A stretch of 63,989 bases of DNA, filler included, from an uncultured bacterium (GTDB lineage: Bacteria; Auribacterota; CAZIXI01): the NCBI GenBank assembly GCA_964543115.1. It is 5 parts of 5 records of this genome, joined end to end, with 100 filler letters (N's around TTAATTAATTAA, not from the genome) between each part and the next. Parts side by side here need not be neighbours in the genome. Positions count along the whole stretch, not along the records: positions 14,237 to 28,215 come from CAZIXI010000066.1; 4 more parts are not named here. One strand, given 5' to 3'. Positions 18,028-28,315 of this stretch are shown in pieces. The notes under the pieces are model-generated. The model saw only the letters and a list, made by a program, of their open reading frames with translations, was not told where the DNA came from and did no database searches. Both the position numbers and the translations under genes were made by a program. Numbering within the stretch: the first letter of the stretch is position 1; each line of letters begins with the position of its first letter.

Positions 18028-19461
18028 ATGGATGCAGCACTTAAAGTGAATGTGGATAGTATTGTGGAGAAGGCAGCATGCGCGGCCGGAGTTTTTAGTC
18101 AGCTTGATCAGAAACATGTAGACCGGATCGTCAGAGCTGTATATGAGGCGGCGTTCAATGCCCGGATTCGACTGGCCAAAATGGCCTGCGAAGAGACACA
18201 ACTGGGTAAGTGGGAAGATAAAGTTATTAAAAATGCTGTTTCTACCCAGTTTGTTTATGAGGATATTAAAGATCTTAAAACCGCGGGAATTATCTCAGAA
18301 GATAAAGAGCGCGGAATAATAGAGATTGCTCAGCCCATTGGTCCTATTTTCGCGCTTATCCCGGTGACCAATCCCACTTCAACGGTGATGTTTAAGATCC
18401 TGATGGCGATGAAAACAAGAAATCCCATTATAATCGGACCTCATCCCCGGGCGCAAAAATGCTCTACGGAAGCTGCGCGTATCTGTTATGAAGCGGCCCT
18501 CAAGGAAGACGCTCCGGAAGACTGTGTCCAGTGGCTGGTTAATGCTCCCATGGATATGACGCACGCGCTGATGAGTAATGAAAAAATTGCCCTGGTGCTG
18601 GCTACCGGGGGAAGCGGGTTGGTAAAGGCCGCCTACAGTTCCGGCACGCCCGCCCTGGGAGTAGGACCGGGTAATGTGCCTGTATTTATCGATCAAACAG
18701 CGGATATCCCTTTTGCCGTAGAGCAGATCATGCTTTCCAAAACCTTTGATAACGGCACGGTTTGCGCCAGCGAACAGGCGGTTGTGGTTGAACGGGCCAT
18801 TGCCGCCAATGTGATTGAACAGTTTAAGAAACAAAAGGCTTATTTCCTTACGGAAGAGGAGATAAGGAAGTTGGAGCCGGTTGTCTATGATAGTGAACAC
18901 CATGTAATGAACGGAAAGATTGTCGGTAAACCGGCAACGGTTATCGCAGAAATGGCCAAGATTAAAGTGCCGCCGGATACCCGGCTCTTGATTGCTCTGC
19001 TTAAGGGAGTGGGTAAGCAATATCCGATTTCTTCGGAGATTTTGGCGCCGGTGCTGGCCTTTTATTCAGCCAATGATTTTGAGCACGCGGTGAAATTGTG
19101 TATTGACCTTAATTTCCACGGCGGAACCGGCCATACGGTCAGCCTGTACTGTAATGATGATGAAAAGATAAAAGAGTTTTCTCAGGTAATGAATGCCGGC
19201 CGGATAGTGGTTAATACGCCTTCCTCACAAGGCGCCGTGGGCGGAATATTTAATACCCTGCATCCTTCATTTACCCTGGGCTGCGGCAGCGGCGGGAAGA
19301 ATATCACCACCGACAATATCACGGCCAGAAACCTGATCAATGTTCAGCGTATTGCCCTGCGGCGCGACAACGACCGCCTGGCACATTTTGATCAAAAACT
19401 TTATTTTGATGAATCTAAAGATGCCAAGGCAATAGAAAAGGAATTCAACCGCGGAAATTAA
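18028..19461 (+). CDS. CoA-acylating aldehyde dehydrogenase (stand-alone AdhE N-domain/EutE type)
   Basis: IPVTNPTST, LATGG, GVGPGNVP, SKTFDNGTVCASEQ, PSFTLGCG. Confidence 0.9.
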   Translation: MDAALKVNVDSIVEKAACAAGVFSQLDQKHVDRIVRAVYEAAFNARIRLAKMACEETQLGKWEDKVIKNAVSTQFVYEDIKDLKTAGIISEDKERGIIEIAQPIGPIFALIPVTNPTSTVMFKILMAMKTRNPIIIGPHPRAQKCSTEAARICYEAALKEDAPEDCVQWLVNAPMDMTHALMSNEKIALVLATGGSGLVKAAYSSGTPALGVGPGNVPVFIDQTADIPFAVEQIMLSKTFDNGTVCASEQAVVVERAIAANVIEQFKKQKAYFLTEEEIRKLEPVVYDSEHHVMNGKIVGKPATVIAEMAKIKVPPDTRLLIALLKGVGKQYPISSEILAPVLAFYSANDFEHAVKLCIDLNFHGGTGHTVSLYCNDDEKIKEFSQVMNAGRIVVNTPSSQGAVGGIFNTLHPSFTLGCGSGGKNITTDNITARNLINVQRIALRRDNDRLAHFDQKLYFDESKDAKAIEKEFNRGN

Positions 19462-19481
19462 AAACTGAGAAGGAGGAATTA

Positions 19482-19775
19482 ATGGTCCAGTTTAGTGAAA
19501 CCGATGGTAAGTTGATGTGTGCCTTTGACGGACAACTAGATACTGCTGCCTGTCAGGAATTTTCTGCTCAGGTAAAGGAAAAGGTACAGGGGTTAAAACT
19601 CCCGGTTATTTTTGATATGCACAAAGTTGATTATGTTTCTTCGGAGTTTTTGCGCATTTGTATTCAGACTTATAAGGAAGTGGGAACAGACAAATTTTTA
19701 CTCGTTGATGCTCACCCCTCGGTAAAAAAGGTTTTTAAGATCGCGGGGCTTGATTCGATAATAAAAATTGACTGA
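19482..19775 (+). CDS. STAS domain protein (anti-anti-sigma type)
   Basis: GQLDTA..IFDMHKVDYVSSEFLR..VKKVFKIAGLD. Confidence 0.88.
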   Translation: MVQFSETDGKLMCAFDGQLDTAACQEFSAQVKEKVQGLKLPVIFDMHKVDYVSSEFLRICIQTYKEVGTDKFLLVDAHPSVKKVFKIAGLDSIIKID

Positions 19776-19827
19776 CGAATGTTTCCGGAATATTTTAACA
19801 GAATGATTTATTAAGGTTTCCTGAAGA

Positions 19828-21834
19828 ATGTTCTTAAGAAAATACCTGCTTATCCCTATCCTGGTGCTTCTTTCTGTACTTGCCCTCTATTATTTTGAAG
19901 GTCAAATCGGTATTTTAAAGAAAATAGAACTGGACACACTTGACCTGCGCTTTAAGATCAGGGGCCGGCGTCAGCCGGATAAAAATATAGCGATTATCGC
20001 GATTGATGAGAAGAGTATAGCCGAAATTGGCCGCTGGCCCTGGGATCGCGGCAGAATCGCGCGGATGATCGGGCTTTTGCACAGGGCCGGGGCGGAAGTA
20101 ATTGCCCTTGATATTATATTCAGCGAACCCTACGCGGTTAGTGAATCAGGAAAAATCGAGGAACTGGAACAAACACTTTCGCGCTATCCGGAACAGGTCC
20201 CGCAGATCCTCCACCGGCAGGTGCAGGATCTAAAGAGTATCTTTAACGCTGACCGGACGCTGGCGGAAACGCTCGCCGCTGCAGCCGATGTGATCGGGGC
20301 TGTCTATTTCACCTTACCAGGGGAAAAAGGTAAAGGCCTGCCCTGTCGGCGGGATGCCGCAAAAGTATTAAAAAAATCCAGATATCGTCTGATTGCTAAC
20401 AAGGATAAACAGAATATTTATCCGGTGCTTAAGGCCCGGGAGGTTACCGCCAATATCCCGGTAATCAGCGGAGAATTAACCGCCGAAGGATTTGTTAATT
20501 ATACCCCGGATATCGACGGCCTGGTCAGAAAGCAGCCGGCGGTAATAGAATACGGCGGCAATTATTATTCCTCGCTGGCGATTCAGGCGGCAAGGCTTTT
20601 TTTGGGAATCCCGCCGGTGAAAATCAAACTGCTAATCGGTGAAAAAATCAGGCTGGGGATAATAGATATACCGCTTTCCGAAGACAACAATTTCTATATT
20701 AATTACTATGGGCCAAATGAATCATTTCCTTATTATTCTTTTAGTGATGTCCTCTCCGGCGCAATTGATCCGGCGGTGTTTAAGGGTAAAATTGTTATAA
20801 TCGGCGGTACCGATCCCGCGCTTTGGGATATTGTCAGTACTCCGTTTTCCACAAACTTACCCGGCGTTGAAATCCATGCCAATATACTGGCCAATATATT
20901 AGCCGGCGACTATTTCAAATACAATAACTTCAGCAAAACAGCTAATGTGCTGGCGGTAATTGCCCTGATCCTTCTCTCCGCCTTGTTGCTGCCGCGCCTG
21001 CCGGCATTTGCCGCGGCGCTTGTTTTTGTGGCGCTGTTCGGCGGGTATTTTTTTATCGCGCAATTGCTTTTTAACAGACTTGGGCTCTGGCTTAACCTTG
21101 TCTATCCACTGCTGGCCCTGACACTTAATTTTTCCGCGATCACCATTCGGTCATTGATCAGAGAACAGCGGGAAAAGAAAAGGATTAAGAAAATATTTTC
21201 CAGTTGTGTGGCTAAATCCGTTGTTGATGAGATCCTGGCCCATCCGGAAAAGCTGAAGTTGGGTGGGGAGAGGAGGCTGGTTACCGTGCTTTTTTCGGAT
21301 ATTGCCAATTTCACGGGCATTTCAGAGAAAATATCTCCGGAGAACACTGCCGGCTTGCTTAATGAATATTTTACCGAAATGGCCAAAATAATTATCGCTA
21401 ATAAAGGAACGATAGATAAATATATGGGAGACGGCCTGATGGCGGTTTTCGGCGCTCCCTTGTCTTATCCCGATCATGCCCGTTTTGCCTGCCGGGCGGC
21501 TCTGGAAATGTTGCAGGGAACGAAATCTTTAGGGAAAAGCTGGAGCCAGGCGCAGCAGGCAGACCTCTCCATCAGGATTGGGATCAATACCGGTGAAGTG
21601 ATGGCCGGGTATATCGGTTCCCCTGATATCATGAATTATACGGTTATCGGCAGGGAAGTAAATATCGCCCAGAGACTGGAGGGTGTTAACCGGAAATATA
21701 ATACCAGTATAATTATTGGTGAGACCACCTACGAATATGTTAAGGCGGATGCAGAGGTGCGGCTGCTGGAGCCGGCCAGGGTTCAGGGGGTGGAACAAAT
21801 CTTAAATCTTTACGAGTTAGAATCACTAAAATAA
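19828..21834 (+). CDS. CHASE2 domain class III adenylate cyclase
   Basis: IIAIDEKSI..GRWPWDR, DIDGLVRK, PGVEIHA, three TMs, then LFSDIANFT, DKYMGD, GINTG, NYTVIG, VNIAQRLE. Confidence 0.92.
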   Translation: MFLRKYLLIPILVLLSVLALYYFEGQIGILKKIELDTLDLRFKIRGRRQPDKNIAIIAIDEKSIAEIGRWPWDRGRIARMIGLLHRAGAEVIALDIIFSEPYAVSESGKIEELEQTLSRYPEQVPQILHRQVQDLKSIFNADRTLAETLAAAADVIGAVYFTLPGEKGKGLPCRRDAAKVLKKSRYRLIANKDKQNIYPVLKAREVTANIPVISGELTAEGFVNYTPDIDGLVRKQPAVIEYGGNYYSSLAIQAARLFLGIPPVKIKLLIGEKIRLGIIDIPLSEDNNFYINYYGPNESFPYYSFSDVLSGAIDPAVFKGKIVIIGGTDPALWDIVSTPFSTNLPGVEIHANILANILAGDYFKYNNFSKTANVLAVIALILLSALLLPRLPAFAAALVFVALFGGYFFIAQLLFNRLGLWLNLVYPLLALTLNFSAITIRSLIREQREKKRIKKIFSSCVAKSVVDEILAHPEKLKLGGERRLVTVLFSDIANFTGISEKISPENTAGLLNEYFTEMAKIIIANKGTIDKYMGDGLMAVFGAPLSYPDHARFACRAALEMLQGTKSLGKSWSQAQQADLSIRIGINTGEVMAGYIGSPDIMNYTVIGREVNIAQRLEGVNRKYNTSIIIGETTYEYVKADAEVRLLEPARVQGVEQILNLYELESLK

Positions 21835-21856
21835 ACTAGTTGTTTTTGGAGGGTGC

Positions 21857-24800
21857 ATGAAAAAAAGGATTATTGTTATTAGCTGCGTTTTGTTAAGCCT
21901 GTTAGTTTTGTCTGTCCCGGCGGCATCTGCCAAGGGGGATGATTCATTGGGGAGGATCAGTCAATACTCAGGTGAGGTGCAGTTAAAAAGCAGAATAACT
22001 CCGCCGGCAGGGATCTGGCATGATCTGACAGAAGAAAATCTACCGGTATTTTTGCTTGATCAGATCCGCACCCGCCAGGGAACGGCGGAAGTGACCTTTA
22101 ACGATCATAGTTATCTGGAGATAGACGCATTCAGCGAGGTGCAAATCGATGAATTTTATCTGCCGGAAAAAAGTAAGAACATAAGGAATATAAAATGTGT
22201 CTTAGGAAAGATTGCCGCGGAAATAACGCCCCAGCGCGGCAAGCAGACCCAGTTTCAAACGCCCAGCGGTATTGCCGCGATTAAAGGCAGCCACCTGTTT
22301 CTGGATATACAAAAGACTGGCCTGACGAATCTGGATTTAACCAGAGGGCGGTTGGGATTCAGTAATTTCGATACCAGGACAAGTTTCCAGATGCGCGGCG
22401 GCAATGTTATGAATGCCTTATATTATGAGAGCGAAAACAGCATTGATCTGGAGAGCGTAAAAGGATTGTTTGAGGTTTCCGTGCCCAATGCCCAGATAGC
22501 GTTATCGCCCACCGATATCGTAAACATAGCTTTTGATAAACAAACCGGCCGGACATCTATCAGCAGTAAGAAGGGCAATATTAAAGTTACTTTTATTAAT
22601 CCCCGTACCGGGAAGAAGGGCATGAAGATTGTTCCCCCGGGAGCAACAACCACGGTCAGGGCGTCCTCCGCGCCCGCGACGGCCGCGGCCGCCCAGCAGA
22701 AACCGGAGACCGCCGTCGAGAATGCCGATGATGAAGCTCCCATAGTTGTCGAGCCGGTAATCCCGGAGGAAGAGCCTGTCTATATCGAGCCGGTAGATGA
22801 CGGCGATGATGGTGACGATGACGACGACGACGATGATGATGATGATGATGATGAACTGCCCACAGAGTTATATGTAAACCCGTTAACCGGCGACAACACT
22901 AATGCCGGTACCGAGAATGAACCTTTTAAAACATTAACCTATGCCGTTTCTTATATGAACGAGCAGGCGTTGAGCGTAATAACCATCAACCTGGCTGCCG
23001 GAACCTACAGTGTGGAAAATAATCAGGAGACCTTTCCGATTAATTTAAGCGGATTAAACGGGGTTACAATCAGCGGCGCTGCAGAAACCACTACTCTTGT
23101 GGATGCCACCGGTTCGCAGGCGGACGTTTTTTATATCGAGGACATTGAAGGAGTTAACACAATAGAAAAAATAAACATTACCGGCGGCAACCGCGGGATT
23201 AGTTTTGTAACCAGCGGAAACCTTTCTGTCAATCGATGTACCATCAATAATAATTCCGGCGCCGGCGTGTCCATAACTCCGGAGTTGACCGTTACTTTTG
23301 CGATTTCGCGTGCCACTATTTATGGAAACGGCGGCGGAATAGAGCTTAAGGCTACGGCCGGCGGTGCCGGTCTCACAGGATCTGTAACTAATTGTTTGAT
23401 TTACAGAAATACCGCCAGCGGAAACGGCGGCGGTATTTATCTTGAAAATATCGGTGCTGATAACGTGCGGATCATTAATTGTACCCTTGCCCTGAATAGT
23501 GCCAGCGGTAGGGGGCAGGGTATTTATTTAGTCACCAGCGCGCCGACATTGGTGAATACCATTATTTCTTCTAACAGCGGTCAGGATCTGCTCAAATATG
23601 AGATTTATGCCGATCAGATGTCCGTTTCACCGGCGGTTTACAGTTGTTGTGTTTTTAAAGAAGGCCTTTCTGATGCGATAAATGTGGATGGTGAAGTATT
23701 CCTCGGTTGGCCGACGATTTGGACCGAGGATTCCGGCAGTATTGATGCTGATCCCATATTTAAAGATATAAGTGCCAATAATTACCGCGTGAGCAGTATC
23801 GCGCAAGCGCCATCCCCCTGCATTGACGGCGGTACCTCTTATCTTGCTCCCTCAGTAGATCTTATCGGAGTCGGCCGGCCGCTTAACGGAAATCCCGCCA
23901 TTCCCGGGGCCTTATATGATATTGGTTGTTATGAACATGATCCCAATGATCCCGATCCGCTGGTTACCGGGCGCATCTATGACGCGGTCAGCGGGCAGAC
24001 AATTGCCGGAGTGACAACCGGCATCTATCGTGGGGGAGTAAAAACCAGTTCTTCTACCACCAGATCAAATCCCTTCACCTTTAATGTGCTGAACGGTACT
24101 TACTATTTAGTTATCAGTAAGTCCGGTTATGGTTTTCCCTCCCAGATTGTCGCGGCGACAAACAACGGCAGCCATGGGGAAGATTTTCTCGTTAACAATC
24201 AGAACCTTAATATTGATATTCCCGTTGATCCCCTGGATATGCTTACGATCACCAAAACATGCAATAAGAAAAAGGTAATGATTGGTGATATTGTAACCTA
24301 CAATGTAAAGATAGAAAACAACTACTGGTTCAGGGCGGTGGAAAGTGTGATTTTAAGTGATGAACTGGTAAACGGATTTAAAGTCGCAGATGGTAAAACC
24401 TATCAAAATGGTATTCGCAAAGAAGAGTCCTTAATTCAGCGAAATAACCATTCTGTTGAGTTTAATATCGGCACCGTTCCGGCGAATTCCACCATTAACC
24501 TCAGCTACCAAGTCCGGGTCAGCAGCGGGATGGTGCCGGGAAAATATGCGGCCAAAGGCGTTTGTGTTAAACAGAACACCCTGGTAAACTGCAGTAATGA
24601 AAGCGAAGTCGCCATAGAAGTAGTGCAGGATGTTCTCTTTACCCGGGGCACGATTATCGGTAAAGTGTTCCTCGACTTAAACGGCAACGGTGTCCAGGAC
24701 GGGAAGGAAGAATCCGGTGTAGCGGGAGTAAAAATATATACCGAGTACGGTGTGTGTGTGGAGACCGATGAAGACGGTAAGTATCACATAGCGGATGTGC

Positions 24801-27673
24801 CGCCGGGCAATCATCTACTGAAGGTAGATCCGGCAACTCTGCCTCAATCGTCTCCGAACTCCGAACTCCCAACTCCGAACTATAATTTTACGACGGAAAA
24901 TCCCTACTATGTTAAAATTACCGAAGGTTTGTTAGCCAAGGTTAACTTCGGAATAACAACGACTCAGGCTGAAGACGAAGATAGGGTCAAGGGCGAGCAG
25001 AGCTCGGGGCGAGCAAAGCTCGGGGTTAAGAAAATACTGGATGAGTTCTTTATCGTAGGATTGGCCGAGGGGACAGTGCGGCATCTTAACACCGGCGGGA
25101 ACATAGAGATGATCAATAAAGATGATCGCTTTGACGACGGATTTAAGGTGGACGGCCGGGCGAGTTTCTTTTTAAAAGGGAAAATACTGGGTAAATACCT
25201 GATCAAGGCCAGCCTGGATACGGAAAGGGTGCGTACAAGTGCCTTGAAACGTGAGCAGCAAGACAGACTGTTTAAAAATCTTGATCCGGATAAATATTAC
25301 CCTGTTTACGGCGATGCAAGTATCGTTGATTACAGCGCCACTAATACCCAGGACCTGCTTTATGTCCTGCTTGAATGGGATGAGAGTTTTGCCCAGTGGG
25401 GTAGTTTTGTGACAAACCTGCCGATGTACAACCGGACAATGAGCGGCGGCAAGGTGCATTACCGCAGCGTTAAGAAAACAAAATTCGGCGAACATTACAC
25501 GGAGGTAGATGGTTTTTACGCGGTGAGCAGGAAAACGCCGCGCCATGAAGAATTTGTCGGTACCGGCGGCAGCCTTTATTATTTAAGCAAAAGGGATGTT
25601 GTGGAAGGCAGTGAAAAAATAAGGATCGAGATCCGGGACCGGCTGAGTAAACGGGTAATTTTCAGTTACGTGATCAGGGAGGAAATAGATTATGAGATTA
25701 ACTACGATACCGGCCGGGTGCTGCTTAAGAAACCCCTTAATTCGGTAAATTGGCTCTACCGCTCAAGTATTGTCAGCACAAATATCCTTTCGGGGGAAAG
25801 GGTGTATTTAGTTGTTGATTATGAGTATTACACCCTGATGAGCATTCATAACCAATCTTTCGGCGGCCGCGTCAAACAGCATATTACCAGTTACGTCGGC
25901 GTGGAAGGAGAATATGTCGAAGAAGAAAGGGAAGGAAAAGATCCCTATCAATTGTATAGCGCAAAAGGAGAAGTAAGGTTAAACAAAGAGACCGCCGCTT
26001 CCGTGCGTTACAGTCACAGTAAAGAAACCCAGATGGGCGGTGCCGCCAGTTTTGACGGTGGGTTCAGCTTTGTCGAAATGGCCAGTACCAGCAGTGATAA
26101 TAAAAGCGGCAGCGCGGTGGAGGTCAATGCCGGCACCAAGCTTTTCAGCAACACGGACCTCATGTTTAATTATTCACGGCAGGATCCTTATTTCAGTGTC
26201 ACCGATAGTATCGCCAATGCCGGTTCGCAGAAATATGTCGGGGGGTTATTGACCAGGTTAATGGATGATTTTTATGTGGGAGTGAAGCATGTAACCACAA
26301 GATTGCTGGAAGGCACCATTTTAGAGGATATTACCGGTAACGTGGATACTCATATTACCACCGCCCTGGCGGACTGGACACCCGGCCGCTGGGATTTCAG
26401 GCTCGAGTACCAGCACCAGAAAGTCAACCAGGTTTTAGATGACTATACATATTTTGGCACCCTGCCGCTGAGGGACAATGATTTTATTGCCGGCCGGGCG
26501 GGCTACAGCCTGAGTGATTGGCTGCATCCATATGTGCGCGGGCAATATACGATTAATGGCAAAGCAAATAACCAGGGAACGTTTGGCGCTGACCTAAAGC
26601 TTTTTGGCGGAAAAACAGTACTAGGGCTGGCGGAAACTGTCGGTAATCTGGGTAACAGTACCTTGCTGGGTTTAACCAGTGAAATGAATGATTCCCGCAG
26701 CGTTTATAGCAATGTAGAAGTCGGGAATGTGCTCGGGCTGGGTAAGTTTACCAAAACCAGTTATGGAGAGAATCTGAATATGTCTGCGGGTGAAAGGATG
26801 TATCACAGTACGGATTACAGCAGTTATCAGGAACAGCTTATTCGGGGAAATCTCATCGGCTATGAAAAGGAATTAACGGATAATCTGCTCTTTGGCGTAA
26901 GCTATGAGCGCAGTTACCTGGAAAGGAAGAATTTTATTAACGTAATTAACCGGGACAGCGGCAGTGTCAGTTTAAGTTATTTAAAAATTGACTGGCTGAA
27001 ACTGTTCAGTAAGCTGGAATGCCGTCAGGATCGGGGGCCGCTGGTTAGGGTAAGGCAGTGGCTGACCCAGAATAAGGCGCTTTGGTATATAACACCGGAT
27101 ATTGCCGTAACCGGCCGCGCCAACTGGAGCCGCACCAGGAACAGGACCAATGATACAACAGATGCCCGGTTCCACGAGATGGGAGCTGGTCTGGCCTACC
27201 GGCCGGTGGCCTGGGACAGGTTGAATTTACTCGCTAAATACACTTATCTGACTGATCTGCCGCCTGATGTGCAGAATAATTTTATCGAGGAAACGGAGAG
27301 CAGGCAGCATATCTATGCCGCGGAGGGGCTCTTTGACTTGACCAGGTTTCTGCAGGTTGTGGGTAAATGCGCCTTCCGGGACGGCCGGGAAAAAGTAGGG
27401 CCGCGTGATTGGACGGAAAGCGATAAATATCTTTATTTGGGCAGGTTAAATTTTCACGTCACTAAGAAATGGGATATTGCCGGTGAGTACCGGATCCTTA
27501 ACTGCCCCGATGCCGATGATAAGAAACACGGCTGGTTATTGGAAGTAGACAGGGAAATAACCAGCTTTATGCGTTTAGGCGTGGGTTACAATTTCACCGA
27601 TTTCAGCGATGATATCGCCAATGACGATTATAATGCTCAAGGCTGGTTCATGCGTTTAAGCGGGAAATACTAA
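21857..27673 (+). CDS. Large outer-membrane protein: FecR, poly-Asp linker, DUF1565/parallel beta-helix, DUF11, SdrD-B-like, C-terminal beta-barrel
   Basis: Signal peptide; DQIRTRQGTAEVTFND..TPSGIAAIKGS (FecR); LYVNPLTGDNTNAGTENEPFKT; ITKTCNKKKVMIGDIVTYNV; GKVFLDLNGNGVQD; amphipathic strands ending GWFMRLSGKY. Confidence 0.8.
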   Translation: MKKRIIVISCVLLSLLVLSVPAASAKGDDSLGRISQYSGEVQLKSRITPPAGIWHDLTEENLPVFLLDQIRTRQGTAEVTFNDHSYLEIDAFSEVQIDEFYLPEKSKNIRNIKCVLGKIAAEITPQRGKQTQFQTPSGIAAIKGSHLFLDIQKTGLTNLDLTRGRLGFSNFDTRTSFQMRGGNVMNALYYESENSIDLESVKGLFEVSVPNAQIALSPTDIVNIAFDKQTGRTSISSKKGNIKVTFINPRTGKKGMKIVPPGATTTVRASSAPATAAAAQQKPETAVENADDEAPIVVEPVIPEEEPVYIEPVDDGDDGDDDDDDDDDDDDDELPTELYVNPLTGDNTNAGTENEPFKTLTYAVSYMNEQALSVITINLAAGTYSVENNQETFPINLSGLNGVTISGAAETTTLVDATGSQADVFYIEDIEGVNTIEKINITGGNRGISFVTSGNLSVNRCTINNNSGAGVSITPELTVTFAISRATIYGNGGGIELKATAGGAGLTGSVTNCLIYRNTASGNGGGIYLENIGADNVRIINCTLALNSASGRGQGIYLVTSAPTLVNTIISSNSGQDLLKYEIYADQMSVSPAVYSCCVFKEGLSDAINVDGEVFLGWPTIWTEDSGSIDADPIFKDISANNYRVSSIAQAPSPCIDGGTSYLAPSVDLIGVGRPLNGNPAIPGALYDIGCYEHDPNDPDPLVTGRIYDAVSGQTIAGVTTGIYRGGVKTSSSTTRSNPFTFNVLNGTYYLVISKSGYGFPSQIVAATNNGSHGEDFLVNNQNLNIDIPVDPLDMLTITKTCNKKKVMIGDIVTYNVKIENNYWFRAVESVILSDELVNGFKVADGKTYQNGIRKEESLIQRNNHSVEFNIGTVPANSTINLSYQVRVSSGMVPGKYAAKGVCVKQNTLVNCSNESEVAIEVVQDVLFTRGTIIGKVFLDLNGNGVQDGKEESGVAGVKIYTEYGVCVETDEDGKYHIADVPPGNHLLKVDPATLPQSSPNSELPTPNYNFTTENPYYVKITEGLLAKVNFGITTTQAEDEDRVKGEQSSGRAKLGVKKILDEFFIVGLAEGTVRHLNTGGNIEMINKDDRFDDGFKVDGRASFFLKGKILGKYLIKASLDTERVRTSALKREQQDRLFKNLDPDKYYPVYGDASIVDYSATNTQDLLYVLLEWDESFAQWGSFVTNLPMYNRTMSGGKVHYRSVKKTKFGEHYTEVDGFYAVSRKTPRHEEFVGTGGSLYYLSKRDVVEGSEKIRIEIRDRLSKRVIFSYVIREEIDYEINYDTGRVLLKKPLNSVNWLYRSSIVSTNILSGERVYLVVDYEYYTLMSIHNQSFGGRVKQHITSYVGVEGEYVEEEREGKDPYQLYSAKGEVRLNKETAASVRYSHSKETQMGGAASFDGGFSFVEMASTSSDNKSGSAVEVNAGTKLFSNTDLMFNYSRQDPYFSVTDSIANAGSQKYVGGLLTRLMDDFYVGVKHVTTRLLEGTILEDITGNVDTHITTALADWTPGRWDFRLEYQHQKVNQVLDDYTYFGTLPLRDNDFIAGRAGYSLSDWLHPYVRGQYTINGKANNQGTFGADLKLFGGKTVLGLAETVGNLGNSTLLGLTSEMNDSRSVYSNVEVGNVLGLGKFTKTSYGENLNMSAGERMYHSTDYSSYQEQLIRGNLIGYEKELTDNLLFGVSYERSYLERKNFINVINRDSGSVSLSYLKIDWLKLFSKLECRQDRGPLVRVRQWLTQNKALWYITPDIAVTGRANWSRTRNRTNDTTDARFHEMGAGLAYRPVAWDRLNLLAKYTYLTDLPPDVQNNFIEETESRQHIYAAEGLFDLTRFLQVVGKCAFRDGREKVGPRDWTESDKYLYLGRLNFHVTKKWDIAGEYRILNCPDADDKKHGWLLEVDREITSFMRLGVGYNFTDFSDDIANDDYNAQGWFMRLSGKY
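22796..22855 (+). repeat. GAT/GAC trinucleotide tract encoding DDGDDG(D)13E
   Basis: Read directly from sequence. Confidence 0.9.
24852..24879 (+). repeat. Heptamer tandem repeat (CTCCGAA)x4 inside the CDS
   Basis: CTCCGAA CTCCGAA CTCCCAA CTCCGAA, encoding SPNSELPTPN. Confidence 0.85.
24991..25022 (+). repeat. 16-bp tandem repeat x2, each a CGAGC-N3-GCTCG hairpin, inside the CDS
   Basis: GGGCGAGCAGAGCTCG GGGCGAGCAAAGCTCG. Confidence 0.7.
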
Positions 27674-27706
27674 GTTTCTAAACAGGCAGTTTAGGTATAT
27701 TCAGGA

Positions 27707-27735
27707 TTTACTAATCAGAAAAGATTTGCTAAAAT
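27707..27735 (+). promoter_or_regulatory. sigma70 promoter with extended -10
   Basis: TTTACT-N17-TAAAAT with TG-n before the -10. Confidence 0.55.
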
Positions 27736-27872
27736 GTTCCCGTGAAAAGATATAAACTCATCCTTTTTTCGATCCTTACTCTTCTCTTTCGTATCAGATC
27801 TATTTATATTTATCAGGGAGAGTTGATTGACTTTCCCGTTTTACATTAACTAACGGCGGGCGGGAGGTGTAT

Positions 27873-28215
27873 ATGCAGATTACAAAACATATTTGGCCGG
27901 TATTGATGGTTTCGGCGCAGTTTGAGGCAAAAAATGACGAAGGATTCAGGCTGCGGCAATTAAAGAAAGAGCTTATTGAGGTGCAGAATTGCAGCGTGAT
28001 TCCCTCGTACTCTTATGAAGACGCTTATGAAATATTCCTTTCCCGTTCGGATTTTGGCTGTATTGTGATTGACTGGGACATCCCGGAAGAGAATCCCAAA
28101 GAGAAAATGTTGCCGCGGGATTTAGTTTTCATGATGCGCGAAAGGCACAAAACCATTCCCGTAATTTTATTGACCGGGCGTCTATCCGTAGATGAGATTC
28201 GGGCGAAAGTGCTGG
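27873..28215 (+). CDS. Orn/Lys/Arg decarboxylase, N-terminal wing domain (truncated by contig end)
   Basis: SYEDA..DFGCIVIDWD..MRERHKTIPVILLT; GGAGG 5 nt before ATG 27873. Confidence 0.75.
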
Positions 28216-28315
28216 NNNNNNNNNNNNNNNNNNNNNNNNNNNNNNNNNNNNNNNNNNNNTTAATTAATTAANNNNNNNNNNNNNNNNNNNNNNNNNNNNN
28301 NNNNNNNNNNNNNNN
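28216..28315. other. Artificial contig linker
   Basis: N44-TTAATTAATTAA-N44. Confidence 0.97.
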
